Origin: Candidatus Sericytochromatia bacterium
Lineage (GTDB): Bacteria > Cyanobacteriota > Sericytochromatia > S15B-MN24 > UBA4093
DNA length: 64,000 bases
Assembly: GCA_036676985.1 (NCBI GenBank)
Contig: JAKFBU010000001.1
Span: forward strand, 32,001 to 96,000
Reading direction: 5' to 3'
Of this stretch, positions 9,988 through 19,960 are shown one piece after another. Numbering within the stretch: position 1 is the stretch's first letter; each line of letters opens with the position of its first letter. A program made the translations under genes and the position numbers. The notes beneath the pieces are model-generated. The model saw only the letters and a list, made by a program, of their open reading frames with translations, made no database searches and was not told where the DNA came from.

Positions 9988-10739
9988 GGCGGTGGCTGGC
10001 GCTCATCGTCCTGGGGCTGCTGATCCCGGGTGAGGCCCGGGCCTTCGAGCTGCGGCCCTACGGCAAGATCGGGGTCGATGCGGGCTACGACGACCACGTC
10101 TCGGGCCGGGAGGCCCCGGACCCGCTCCTGTTCGAGAAGGGCAACGCCGATGCGAGCGGCGGCCTGAGCCTCGGGCTCGGAAACGAGTTCGTCTTCGACG
10201 ACAACCGGGTGCTGACGCTCTCGGCGAGCCTCAAGGGTTACCGCTACCTCAACTACCCCGACTTCTCGGGGGCCTGGGCGGGGCTCGCCACGGAGCTTGC
10301 GACCTACCGGCTCTTCGAGGAGGTGGACGCCTTCTGGGGGCTCAATGCCGGCGCGAGCATGGGCACGGGCCGCTCGGGTGGGCTCAGCGTGACCTTCGAG
10401 CGCCCTACCCTGTGGAACGTGACGGGCGGCCTCAGCATGGGAGGCTACCGCTACGTCGGCTCGACGACCTCTCAGCACCTCGGGCTGTGGGGAGAGCTCT
10501 CCCTGCGCCGGCGTTTCGGCCCCTTGGGGCTCACGGCGGCCTACAACGTCTCTCAACGGGGCTACGACGTGGGCGATCGCGACCAGGCCCAGGGCGTGAC
10601 GCTCTTTGCCACGTTCCGGGTCCTGGACGGCCTGTACTTGAAGGCGTCGGCCGAGCACACCTGGGCCGGGTCGACGGACGTGACGCGGGTGTACGAGGGC
10701 AGCTTCGCCAACCTCGGCAGCGTTTACTACGTGTTTTAG
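9984..10739 (+). CDS. Putative outer-membrane beta-barrel protein
   Basis: Signal peptide ending ARA, alternating amphipathic strands, C-terminal aromatic residues (YYVF). Confidence 0.7.
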   Translation: MRRWLALIVLGLLIPGEARAFELRPYGKIGVDAGYDDHVSGREAPDPLLFEKGNADASGGLSLGLGNEFVFDDNRVLTLSASLKGYRYLNYPDFSGAWAGLATELATYRLFEEVDAFWGLNAGASMGTGRSGGLSVTFERPTLWNVTGGLSMGGYRYVGSTTSQHLGLWGELSLRRRFGPLGLTAAYNVSQRGYDVGDRDQAQGVTLFATFRVLDGLYLKASAEHTWAGSTDVTRVYEGSFANLGSVYYVF

Positions 10740-10806
10740 GAACAAGGAGAACCCCCCCAGCCCCCCCCTCTAGAGGGTGGGTAGGGGGGGTCCTCCTTGT
10801 TCCTAA
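10736..10806. repeat. Long imperfect inverted repeat between convergent genes
   Basis: TTAGGAACAAGGAG (10736-10749) pairs with CTCCTTGTTCCTAA (10793-10806), enclosing a C-run/G-run inner stem. Confidence 0.85.
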
Positions 10807-10809
10807 GCG

Positions 10810-11694
10810 CTATTCCGGCGTGACCAAGAGGTCCTCGAGCTGCGTCTTGCCGATGACGTACTGCTCGTTGCAGAAGTGGCACCGCACCTCCGCCTGGCCT
10901 TCCTCGTCGATCATGCTGCGGATCTCGGTCTCGCCGAGGCTCGCGATGGCGCGCATCACCCGCTCCGTCGAGCAGGGGCACTCGAAGCGGATCGACTCGT
11001 CCGTCTGGAGGATCTCCAGGCTGAACCCCTCGAGGGCCGCCGCCAGGATCTTGTCGAGCGTGTGGTACTGCCGCGCCAGCTGCGTGAACGACGGCAGCCG
11101 GCTCATGGTCTGCTCCACCCGCCAGGCGATCTCGTCGCCCGCACCCGGCATCAGCTGGATCAAGAGCCCGCCCGCCACCTCGACGTCGCCCGAGGGCTGC
11201 ACGAAGATGCCCAGCGAGATGGCCGAGGGGACCTGCATGGACTTGGCCATGTAGAAGGCGAAGTCGTCGCCGATCTCGCCGCTGACGAGCTCCACGGTGC
11301 CCGTGTAGGGGTTGCCGAGGGCATGGTCGTGCGTGACCGCGAGCGTCCCCTCGTGGCCCACCGCACCGCCCACGTCGATGGTGCCCTGGGGCGTGGGGGG
11401 CAGGTTCACCTCGGGGTGCGAGACGTAGCCGCGCACCGTGCCGTCCGCGCCGGCGTCGATGAGCAGGGGCCCCAGCGGACCGTTGCCCAGGATGCGAATG
11501 GTCAGCCGACCGCGCTCCTTCATGGTCGCGGCCGAGAGCAACAGCCCGGCGGTCATCGCCTTGCCGAGCGCCGCCGTCGCCGTCGGGGTCGTGTCGTGCC
11601 GCCGCCGCGCCTCGTTGACGAGGTCGGTGGTGAAGCAGGCGATGGCCCGGATGCGGCCGTCGGCGGCCGTCGCTTTGACGAGGGAATCAGACAT
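10810..11694 (-). CDS. hslO: Hsp33 redox-regulated chaperone
   Basis: GNGPLG, VSGEIGDD, AGGLLIQLMPGA, CPCS...CHFC Zn motif. Confidence 0.96.
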   Translation of the reverse strand: MSDSLVKATAADGRIRAIACFTTDLVNEARRRHDTTPTATAALGKAMTAGLLLSAATMKERGRLTIRILGNGPLGPLLIDAGADGTVRGYVSHPEVNLPPTPQGTIDVGGAVGHEGTLAVTHDHALGNPYTGTVELVSGEIGDDFAFYMAKSMQVPSAISLGIFVQPSGDVEVAGGLLIQLMPGAGDEIAWRVEQTMSRLPSFTQLARQYHTLDKILAAALEGFSLEILQTDESIRFECPCSTERVMRAIASLGETEIRSMIDEEGQAEVRCHFCNEQYVIGKTQLEDLLVTPE

Positions 11695-11841
11695 CGTGGT
11701 TTCTACTCGCTTCTAGGGTGATGGCCCTGATCTTAGCCCAACATTCTACCACACCGCTGGACGGCCCCCCGCGCGGTTCAACGCCCTCTCGCCCCTTGCC
11801 CCGGTCCGGTGTTATCATCGGAGCTCCGGAAAGGAGCAGCC

Positions 11842-13284
11842 ATGCAGGAACTGGCCCACCACGCGCTGAACCGCGCTCAGGTGCTCGGCGCGGGTTACGC
11901 CGACGTCCGCTTCGTGCGGCGTCACGTCGAGACCATCACCGTCAGGGACGGCCACCTGGCCGGCCTGTCCATCGACGAGAGCGCGGGCTTCGGCGTGCGC
12001 GTCCTCTACGACGGCTCGTGGGGCTTCGCCTCCAGCGCCACCATCAGCCAGGCCGAGGTCGAGCGGGTCACGGAGCTCGCGGTCGCGATCGCCAGGGCGA
12101 GCCGCAAGGTCCAGCGCACGCCCGTGCAGCTCGGCCAGCCCGTGACCACCCGCGGGACCTACGTCACGCCCCTCGTCGAGGACCCCTTCGCCGTGAGCCT
12201 CGAAGAGAAGATCGCGCTGCTCATGGCCGCCGACGCCGAGCTGCGGGCGGTAAAGGGCATCCGGTCTAGCGAGGCCTCCCTCGGCTGCCAGAAGGAGCTC
12301 AAGACCTTCGCCTCCACCGAGGGCGCCTACATCGAGCAGGAGCTGGTCGAGACGGGCTGCGGCATCGTGGCGACGGCCGTGGGCGACCACGACGTCCAGC
12401 GCCGCAGCTACCCCAACTCCTTCGGCCGCCACCAGGCGACGCGCGGCTTCGAGCTGGTGCGCGAGGTGGACCTGGTCGGCAACGCCCGCCGCATCGCCGC
12501 GGAGGCCGTCGCGCTCTTGACGGCCCCCGCGTGCCCCTCGACCGTGACCACCCTCGTGCTCGACCCCACCCAGCTCGCCCTGCAGGTCCACGAGTCCATC
12601 GGGCATGCCATCGAGCTGGACCGGGTGTTCGGCATGGAGGCCTCCTTCGCCGGCACGAGCTTCCTCGCCCCCGACATGCTCGACGGCTTCCGGTACGGCT
12701 CGGAGCTCGTCACCGTCACGGCCGACGCCACGGCCCCCGGCGGGCTCGGCACCTTCGGCTTCGACGACGAGGGCATCCCCGCCCAGGCCTCGCCCATCAT
12801 CGAGCAGGGCGTCTTTAGGGGCTTCTTGAGCTCCCGCGAGACCGCCAGCCGCATCGGGCGCGAGTCCAACGGCACCATGCGCGCCGACGGCTGGCAGCGC
12901 ATGCCCATCATCCGCATGACCAACGTCAACCTCCTGCCCGGCGAGCACAGCTTCGAGCGGCTCATCGGCGAGGTCGACGACGGCGTCTACATGCACACCA
13001 ACAAGAGCTGGAGCATCGACGACAAGCGGCTCAACTTCCAGTTCGGCTGCGAGATCGCCTGGGAGATCAAGGGCGGCAAGCTCGGGCGCATGCTCAAGAA
13101 CCCGACCTACACGGGCCTCACGCCCGAATTCTGGGCCAACTGCGACGCCATCGGCGACAAGAGCCAGTGGCAGATCTGGGGCACGCCCAACTGCGGCAAG
13201 GGCCAGCCCGGACAGACGGCCCACGTCGGCCACGGGGCCGCGCCCGCCCGCTTCCGCAACGTCCGCGTGGGGATCCTGCCATGA
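11842..13284 (+). CDS. tldD: TldD metalloprotease
   Basis: GFGVRV, HESIGHAIELD zinc motif, FDDEG, RMTN, CGKGQP; AAGGAG RBS before the ATG. Confidence 0.93.
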   Translation: MQELAHHALNRAQVLGAGYADVRFVRRHVETITVRDGHLAGLSIDESAGFGVRVLYDGSWGFASSATISQAEVERVTELAVAIARASRKVQRTPVQLGQPVTTRGTYVTPLVEDPFAVSLEEKIALLMAADAELRAVKGIRSSEASLGCQKELKTFASTEGAYIEQELVETGCGIVATAVGDHDVQRRSYPNSFGRHQATRGFELVREVDLVGNARRIAAEAVALLTAPACPSTVTTLVLDPTQLALQVHESIGHAIELDRVFGMEASFAGTSFLAPDMLDGFRYGSELVTVTADATAPGGLGTFGFDDEGIPAQASPIIEQGVFRGFLSSRETASRIGRESNGTMRADGWQRMPIIRMTNVNLLPGEHSFERLIGEVDDGVYMHTNKSWSIDDKRLNFQFGCEIAWEIKGGKLGRMLKNPTYTGLTPEFWANCDAIGDKSQWQIWGTPNCGKGQPGQTAHVGHGAAPARFRNVRVGILP

Positions 13285-14615
13285 CCATGACCCAGACCGA
13301 CCTGACCTCCCGCCTCCTCGCCATGTCCACGGCCGACCAGACCGAGGTCGTGGTGGCGGAGCGCGATCGCCAGCTGACCCGCTTCGCCAACTCCGAGATC
13401 CACCAGAACGTCTCCGAGACCGACACCGAGGTGCGGGTCCGCGTGGTGGTGGGCAACCGCGTAGGCGTCGCCGCCACCAACGACCTCTCGGACGCGTCCC
13501 TCGCCCAGGTGGTCGAGCGGGCGATGCTCCTGGCGCGCCATGCCGCCCCGGACGAGGCCTTCCCGGGCCTACCCTCCTCGCAGCCCGTCGCAAAGGTGGA
13601 CTACGCCTACGTACCGGCGACCGCCGAGACGACACCCGCCTCCCGGGCGGAGGTCGCAGAGGTGCTCTGCCGCATGGCGACCGACTCGGGCCTCTTGGCC
13701 TACGGTGCCTACGAGACGGCCACGGGGCGGCTCACGATCGCCAACTCGCTCGGCCTGCACGTCACGCAGCGGGCCACCAAGGCGGACGTGAACCTGGTGG
13801 TCATGAGCGACGACTCCTCGGGCTACGCCTCCTACACCGGCTCGGACACGAGCGGCCTCGACGTCGAGGGCCTCGGCCACACGGCCGTCGAGAAAGCACT
13901 CCTGAGCCGCCATCCGGTCGAGCTGGAGCCCGGCGCCTACACCGTCCTCCTGGAGGAGGACGCCGCGGCGGACCTCCTCGAGTACGCCATCTACGCGGGC
14001 TTCAACGGCGCGGACTACAACGACGGCATCTCCTTCCTGGCGGGCCGTCTCGGCGAGCAGCTGGTCGGGGAGAACGTCACGATCCACGACGACCCGCTCG
14101 ACCCCGACATGCTCGCCTGTGCCTTCGACGGCGAGGGGGTTCCCAAGCGACGGCTCACCCTGATCGAGAACGGCATCGCCCGGGCCGTGGCCCACAACTC
14201 CTACACGGCCAAAGCGGCGGGCACGGTCTCGACGGGCCACGCCCAGCCCGCGCCCAGCCCGCAGGGGGCCAAGCCGACCCACCTGCGCATGGAGACGGGC
14301 ACCAAGTCCAAGGCCGAGCTGTTGCGGGGGATCCAGCGGGGCATCCTCGTCACCCGCTTCCACTACACCAACCTGGCTGAACCCCTCACGGCGACCATCA
14401 CGGGCATGACCCGGGACGGCACCTTCTGGGTCGAGAACGGCGAGATCGTGCGGCCGCTCAAGAACATGCGCTTCACGTCGAGCGCCCTGGAGGCCTTGCG
14501 GATGGTGCAGGGCATCTCCAGCGAGTCCAAGCTCGTGGCGGGCTACTACGGCTCCACCCGGGCGCCCGCCTTGGTGGTGGACGGCTTCCGGTTCTCGGGC
14601 GTGACGCGGTTCTAG
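13281..14615 (+). CDS. pmbA: TldE/PmbA partner subunit
   Basis: TRFANSEIHQN, FDGEG, STGHA, TGMTRDG; no HExxxH motif; ATGA-coupled to tldD. Confidence 0.88.
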   Translation: MTMTQTDLTSRLLAMSTADQTEVVVAERDRQLTRFANSEIHQNVSETDTEVRVRVVVGNRVGVAATNDLSDASLAQVVERAMLLARHAAPDEAFPGLPSSQPVAKVDYAYVPATAETTPASRAEVAEVLCRMATDSGLLAYGAYETATGRLTIANSLGLHVTQRATKADVNLVVMSDDSSGYASYTGSDTSGLDVEGLGHTAVEKALLSRHPVELEPGAYTVLLEEDAAADLLEYAIYAGFNGADYNDGISFLAGRLGEQLVGENVTIHDDPLDPDMLACAFDGEGVPKRRLTLIENGIARAVAHNSYTAKAAGTVSTGHAQPAPSPQGAKPTHLRMETGTKSKAELLRGIQRGILVTRFHYTNLAEPLTATITGMTRDGTFWVENGEIVRPLKNMRFTSSALEALRMVQGISSESKLVAGYYGSTRAPALVVDGFRFSGVTRF

Positions 14616-14643
14616 CGTCCCGATAAAGGCGCGTGTGACCGAT

Positions 14644-14736
14644 CCGTCATTCTCGCGAAAGCGGGAATCCACCGTCGCCCAGGAAGGCAGCAAGCGGATC
14701 GGCGGCTATGGACCCCCGCTTTCGCGAGGGTGACGG
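14644..14736. repeat. Inverted pair of GTCATTCCCGCGAAAGCGGGAATCCA-type (dRS3/RPE-like) REP palindromes
   Basis: CCGTCATTCTCGCGAAAGCGGGAATCCA (14644-14671) and the reverse complement of 14709-14736, CCGTCACCCTCGCGAAAGCGGGGGTCCA. Confidence 0.85.
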
Positions 14737-14762
14737 GAGTGCCGATCCTGGGCCTGAACGGC

Positions 14763-14794
14763 AAGAAAAGAGGGGCCGGCGGTTGCCGGCCCCT
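14763..14794 (-). terminator. Terminator of the 14800-15897 gene
   Basis: AGGGGCCGGC-GGTT-GCCGGCCCCT hairpin preceded by an A-tract. Confidence 0.7.
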
Positions 14795-14799
14795 TGTCG

Positions 14800-15897
14800 T
14801 TAGTTGCCCGTGTTGGCGTCCGCGAACCACACGTCCTCGGACACCTTGCTTTGCCCGTTCTGCGTGAAGCTCGACCGCATCAGGTCCTCGCCGCGGTCGT
14901 TCTTCTCGGTGTGCATGACCACCGAGATCTCAGTGATGCCGAGGTCCCGCAGGCTCTTGAGCTCGCCCTGGCCGAGGCGCGCATCGCCGTTGTCGACCCA
15001 CACCTTGAGGCCGTCGAGCTCGGCGCCCGTCAGCTTGCCGTCGCCGTCCTTGTCGAAGCGCTTGAGCTTCTCGTAGCCGTTGGAGTACTGACCGCCCTGG
15101 TCGCCGAAGAGCCGCGTGCCGTCGATCTCGCCGTCGGTCTGGAGGGCCTTGGTGGCACCCCCATCCGAGTCGTCGACGAGCATGCCGTCCCCGTCGCCGT
15201 TCATCCACTCGATGTTGTCCTTGGCGCCGTCCCCGTCGATGTCGAACTGCACCGTCTTGCCGATCTCGCCGTCCACGCGGTCCTTCGCGGTGGACACGCC
15301 CGTGGTGCCGAGCTTGCCGTCGCCGTTGAGGTCCAGCATGACGGGCGATCGCGTCTTCATGGCGTCCTGGTAGCACTTGCGCGCGCCCTCGATGTCGCCC
15401 GCCATCAGCTTGTCGTACGCCTCGTTGAGGTGCATGCCGCCCATGGGGCCCGCCGCGTTGCGCGGATTCGTGTTGCGCCCCTTGCCCTTGAAGGGTCCGA
15501 GGGCCTGCTCGAGGGCGTCCATCTTGTAGTCCGGGATGGCACGCTGCTTGTCCGAGCCCTTGCTGAAGCCACCCTGGCCGTAGATGCCGCTTTTCTTCCA
15601 GTCCCCTGCCGGAGCCTGGGGCTTGCCGCCGCCCTGGGTGTTGAGGAAGTTGTAGTCAGCGGGCTCGCCGCGCGCGGCCGCCAGGAGCTTCTTGTTGATC
15701 TCGTCGCGGATCCCCATGCCGGCGTCGCCCAGCCCGAGGTTCGCCTCCCCGCCGCCGCCCAGGGTCGCCCGGTCCGTCGGGGGCGCGGGCGGGGCGAGCT
15801 GAATGTCCTCCGCCTTGAAGGCGTCGGGCGGCGGGGCCGCCGGGCGCACCACGGGCTTGGTGACGATGTCGATGTTCTGGGACTGGAAGACGTCCAT
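14800..15897 (-). CDS. Hypothetical Ca2+-binding protein with a C-terminal 'SPxxLDLNGDG' domain and DxDGDG/EF-hand loops
   Basis: SPVMLDLNGDG, FDIDGDG, ELFG-like RLFGD, FDKDGDGKLTGAE, LKVWVD, LGITEIS, DVWF; GGAGG RBS; no signal peptide. Confidence 0.75.
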   Translation of the reverse strand: MDVFQSQNIDIVTKPVVRPAAPPPDAFKAEDIQLAPPAPPTDRATLGGGGEANLGLGDAGMGIRDEINKKLLAAARGEPADYNFLNTQGGGKPQAPAGDWKKSGIYGQGGFSKGSDKQRAIPDYKMDALEQALGPFKGKGRNTNPRNAAGPMGGMHLNEAYDKLMAGDIEGARKCYQDAMKTRSPVMLDLNGDGKLGTTGVSTAKDRVDGEIGKTVQFDIDGDGAKDNIEWMNGDGDGMLVDDSDGGATKALQTDGEIDGTRLFGDQGGQYSNGYEKLKRFDKDGDGKLTGAELDGLKVWVDNGDARLGQGELKSLRDLGITEISVVMHTEKNDRGEDLMRSSFTQNGQSKVSEDVWFADANTGN

Positions 15898-16016
15898 GCA
15901 GCTGTACCTCCGGAATCGGGGACCGTCATGTCTCTATCCCCCCCGACCCGGCGGAACCTACGTCAAATCTTGGTTCCAGACGTTAGATCGGCATTAAGAG
16001 TCCGTTGCGCTCGCGT

Positions 16017-17141
16017 TCAGTCGCCCTGGGCGGCCTCCGGATGCCAGGAGAGCCAGCGGACGACGTCCGACTGGCTCAAGACGCCCACGACCTGGCCCTC
16101 GTCCAGCACCGGCAGCCTGCCCACGCCCAGCTGGTTGAAGCGCGTGACGGCATCGGCCACCGACGCATGGGCATCCAGGGCCTCCGCCTCCTTGAGGGGC
16201 GTCATGACCTCCCCCACCCGGCGATGCGGCCACTCGGCAGCGGGCACTTGCTTGATGTCGTTGGCCTGCAGCACGCCGTCCAGGTGGCCGTCCACCACCG
16301 GGTACCCGCCGTAGGGATAGCGCAGCAGGTAGTCGTCGACCACCTCCTGGAGGGTCATGTCGGGCGAGAGGACCTTGGGGTCGCGGCTCATGAGGTCCGA
16401 GACCCCGACCCGCGAGAGGGCCGTCTGCACCAGCAGCTCCCCGTAGGTGCTGCCCGCCGCCTGGAAGAGCAGGTACCCGATCGCCCCCACCCACACGGCC
16501 CCGAACAGATCTCCCCGCATCAGGCGCCACACGGCCCAGACCATCATGAGGCCGGCCACGAGCTGCCCCCCGCGCGAGGCCACCCGGGTGGCCCGGCGCA
16601 GGCTCCCCGTCGCCTGCCAGGCGGCGGCCCGCAGGATGCGGCCACCGTCCAGGGGAAAGCCCGGCAGGAGGTTGAAGAGGCCTAGCGCCAGGTTGACGAT
16701 CGTCAGCCAAGCCGCCACCGCCGAGAGGGGCTCGAGGCCGAGCCGGGTGCTCGTGATCCACGCCAGGAGGGCGAAGAGCCCCGAGAGCAGGAAGCTCATG
16801 AGCGGGCCTGCGGCCGCCACCAGGAACTCGACCTTGGGGCTGGGCAGCTCCTGGGTGGTCTCGGAGATGCCCCCGAACACGAAGAGCACGATCCGCCGCA
16901 CCCTCAGGCCGAAATGCTTGCTGACCAGCGAGTGGGAGAGCTCGTGGGCGACCAGGCTCGCGAAGAACAGGAAGGTCGTGGCGAGGCCCATGGCCAGGTA
17001 GGACCCGCGCGGCAGGCCCGGGTAGGTCTGCGGGAACACGCCCACTGTCAGGGACCACAGGATGAGCGCGAAGATGAACAGCCACGACGGGTTGATCTCG
17101 ATGGGGATCCCGAACAGGGTGGCGATCCGAAAGCCGCGCAT
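16017..17141 (-). CDS. Site-2 (M50) intramembrane protease with a CBS pair
   Basis: HELSH, FGG, AAGP, FNLLPGFPLDGGR, two CBS domains; start at MRGFRI after GGAGG. Confidence 0.93.
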   Translation of the reverse strand: MRGFRIATLFGIPIEINPSWLFIFALILWSLTVGVFPQTYPGLPRGSYLAMGLATTFLFFASLVAHELSHSLVSKHFGLRVRRIVLFVFGGISETTQELPSPKVEFLVAAAGPLMSFLLSGLFALLAWITSTRLGLEPLSAVAAWLTIVNLALGLFNLLPGFPLDGGRILRAAAWQATGSLRRATRVASRGGQLVAGLMMVWAVWRLMRGDLFGAVWVGAIGYLLFQAAGSTYGELLVQTALSRVGVSDLMSRDPKVLSPDMTLQEVVDDYLLRYPYGGYPVVDGHLDGVLQANDIKQVPAAEWPHRRVGEVMTPLKEAEALDAHASVADAVTRFNQLGVGRLPVLDEGQVVGVLSQSDVVRWLSWHPEAAQGD

Positions 17142-17349
17142 GCCCGCCTCCAGTCGATCGAGGGTCGACCCCGGTCTGTCGTCACCATAGGCGATCGCCC
17201 CCGCCGATTCAAGCGCACGACCGATGCCTCCGGCCACCGCGCACGGCCCTCCGCCGTGGGGGTCGGACGCGCCTTGTGGCGCCGTTTTGGGGAGATAAGA
17301 TGAAGGCGCCCATCAAGCGGCATGCACCCGATCAGAAGGGAGGATCCCC

Positions 17350-17826
17350 ATGGCACTCACCAGATGGGAGCCGAGCGGCATGCGCACGCTCCGCGACCAA
17401 CTCAACCGGATGTTCGAGGACGTCATGATCCCCTCGTTCCGCACGCAGGGGCCGTCTCTCGACGTCTACACCCAGGGCAACGACGTCGTCGTCGAGGCCG
17501 AGCTGCCCGGCATGGACATCAAGGACGTGGAGATCAACGCCACCGAGAACATGGTCACCATCCAGGGCCAGACCCAGCGCGAGTCGGAGGTCCAGGACGA
17601 GAACCTCTTCCGCGCCGAGCGGCGCTGGGGATCGTTCTTCCGCACCGTCGAGCTGCCGGTGCCCATCGATCCCGAGCAGGCGAAGGCCTCCTTCAACAAC
17701 GGCGTCCTGACCCTCCGCGCGCCGCTGAGCCCGACCCTCAAGCCGCGCAAGGTCTCGATCAACCGGCAAGAGGAGCTGGTCGGCGGCTCCGAGAACCGGA
17801 TCGATCAACAGACGGATCAGGCCTAG
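17350..17826 (+). CDS. Hsp20/alpha-crystallin small heat-shock protein
   Basis: AELPG, ERRWGSFFRTVELP, ASFNNGVLTL. Confidence 0.95.
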   Translation: MALTRWEPSGMRTLRDQLNRMFEDVMIPSFRTQGPSLDVYTQGNDVVVEAELPGMDIKDVEINATENMVTIQGQTQRESEVQDENLFRAERRWGSFFRTVELPVPIDPEQAKASFNNGVLTLRAPLSPTLKPRKVSINRQEELVGGSENRIDQQTDQA

Positions 17827-17829
17827 GCA

Positions 17830-17859
17830 GGAGGGCGGGCATGGCCCGCCCTCCGTTTT
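17830..17859 (+). terminator. Terminator after the hsp20 gene
   Basis: GGAGGGCGGGC-ATG-GCCCGCCCTCC followed by GTTTT. Confidence 0.8.
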
Positions 17860-17927
17860 CGGAGCAAAGCGGCCGCTGTTGCGGTACAATGGGGCGGTTG
17901 AGCCCTCTTTTCCGCTCAAAGGCCGCC

Positions 17928-18631
<704 letters not shown>

Positions 18632-18635
<4 letters not shown>

Positions 18636-19945
18636 AGCGCCTAGCCCTCTCCCTGTGCCTCCTGGGGCTCATGGCCCCGGGGGCCCTGGCCTCCGCCAAG
18701 CCCCTGACGCTCGAGGCCGCCATCCAGCGCGCGCTCGCGTCCCATCCGGACGCCGTGATGGCCGAGGCCCGCACCAAGGTGGCGGATCTGGCCATCGGGG
18801 ACGCGCAGAGCCAGCGGGTCCAGGTCACCACCGACGTCTCGTTCCTCAACCGCACGTCCCAGAGCCAGGCCTTCGGCAGCACGCCGGCTCCTACCAACGC
18901 CAACCCGAACCAGACCAGCTACAACGGCACGGTCGGCCTCACCGTGCCCGTGTTCACGGGCTTCAAGCTCTCCAACTCGGTGCTCGCCGCGGAGCGCAAC
19001 CGCGACGCGGCTTCCGCCCAGGCGAACGCCACCCGCGCGGACCTGACGCTGCAGGTGACCCGGGCCTTCTGGACCCTGCGCAAGGCCGAGCTCATCGAGG
19101 ACGTGCAGCAAACGGCCATCGAGCAGACGGAGCGGACGCTCAAGCTGACCCGGACGGGCTTCCAGCTCGGCCGCCAGACCATCAGCGACGTGGACCGCGC
19201 CGAGGTCGGCGTGCTCAACGCCAAGGGCGCTCACCTGCAATACCGGGAGTCGACCGAGGAGGCACGGCTGCAGCTCGCGTCCCTGGTGGGACTTTCCGCC
19301 CAGGAGCTGGAGATCGACGGGGAGCCCGAGACGCTCAAGTCGGCCCTCCAGGAGCCCGCGGAGGCCGACCTCCTGGAGCGGCTCGGCAAGCGACCGGAGA
19401 TCCAGGCGGCCGATGCGCGCCGCGCCGCGGCCCAGGCCTCGGTGGCCGCCGCCCGCGGCGACCTGTGGCCTCAGCTCTCGGCCATCGGCACCTACCAGCT
19501 CGGCAACAACCCCTACAACCCGATCTCGGGCGCCCGGGACGCCGGCACCGGCGCGCTGGGCACGGCCGATCTGCGCCTGGCGGCCAACTTCAACGTCTGG
19601 GACGGCGGGCGCACGGCGCGCGCGATCGCCCGGGCCGAGGCGGATCTGGCGCAGGCCGAGGCCGAGCTCGAGAAGACCCGCCGCAGCATTCGCCAGGAGA
19701 TCGACCTGGCCGTCGTGCGCGTCAAGGGCGCCAGGGAGCGCCTGGCCATCACCGAGCGCAGCGACGGCATCGCCGCCAAGACCCTCAAGTGGGTCGAGGC
19801 ACGCTACCAGCAAGGCTACTCGCCCCAGGTCGAGGTGAACGAAGCCCTCGGCAGCCTCGTGACCGCCCGCACCCAGCGCGTCCAGGCCCTCGTCGACCTC
19901 GAAGTCGCCCGCGCGGAGCTCGCGCGAGCGCTCGGCACCCTGTAA
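18632..19945 (+). CDS. TolC-family outer-membrane efflux protein
   Basis: Signal peptide, LTLEAAIQRAL, RPEIQAA, two-fold helical/strand repeat. Confidence 0.88.
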
Positions 19946-19960
19946 GCAAAGGAGTCCACC

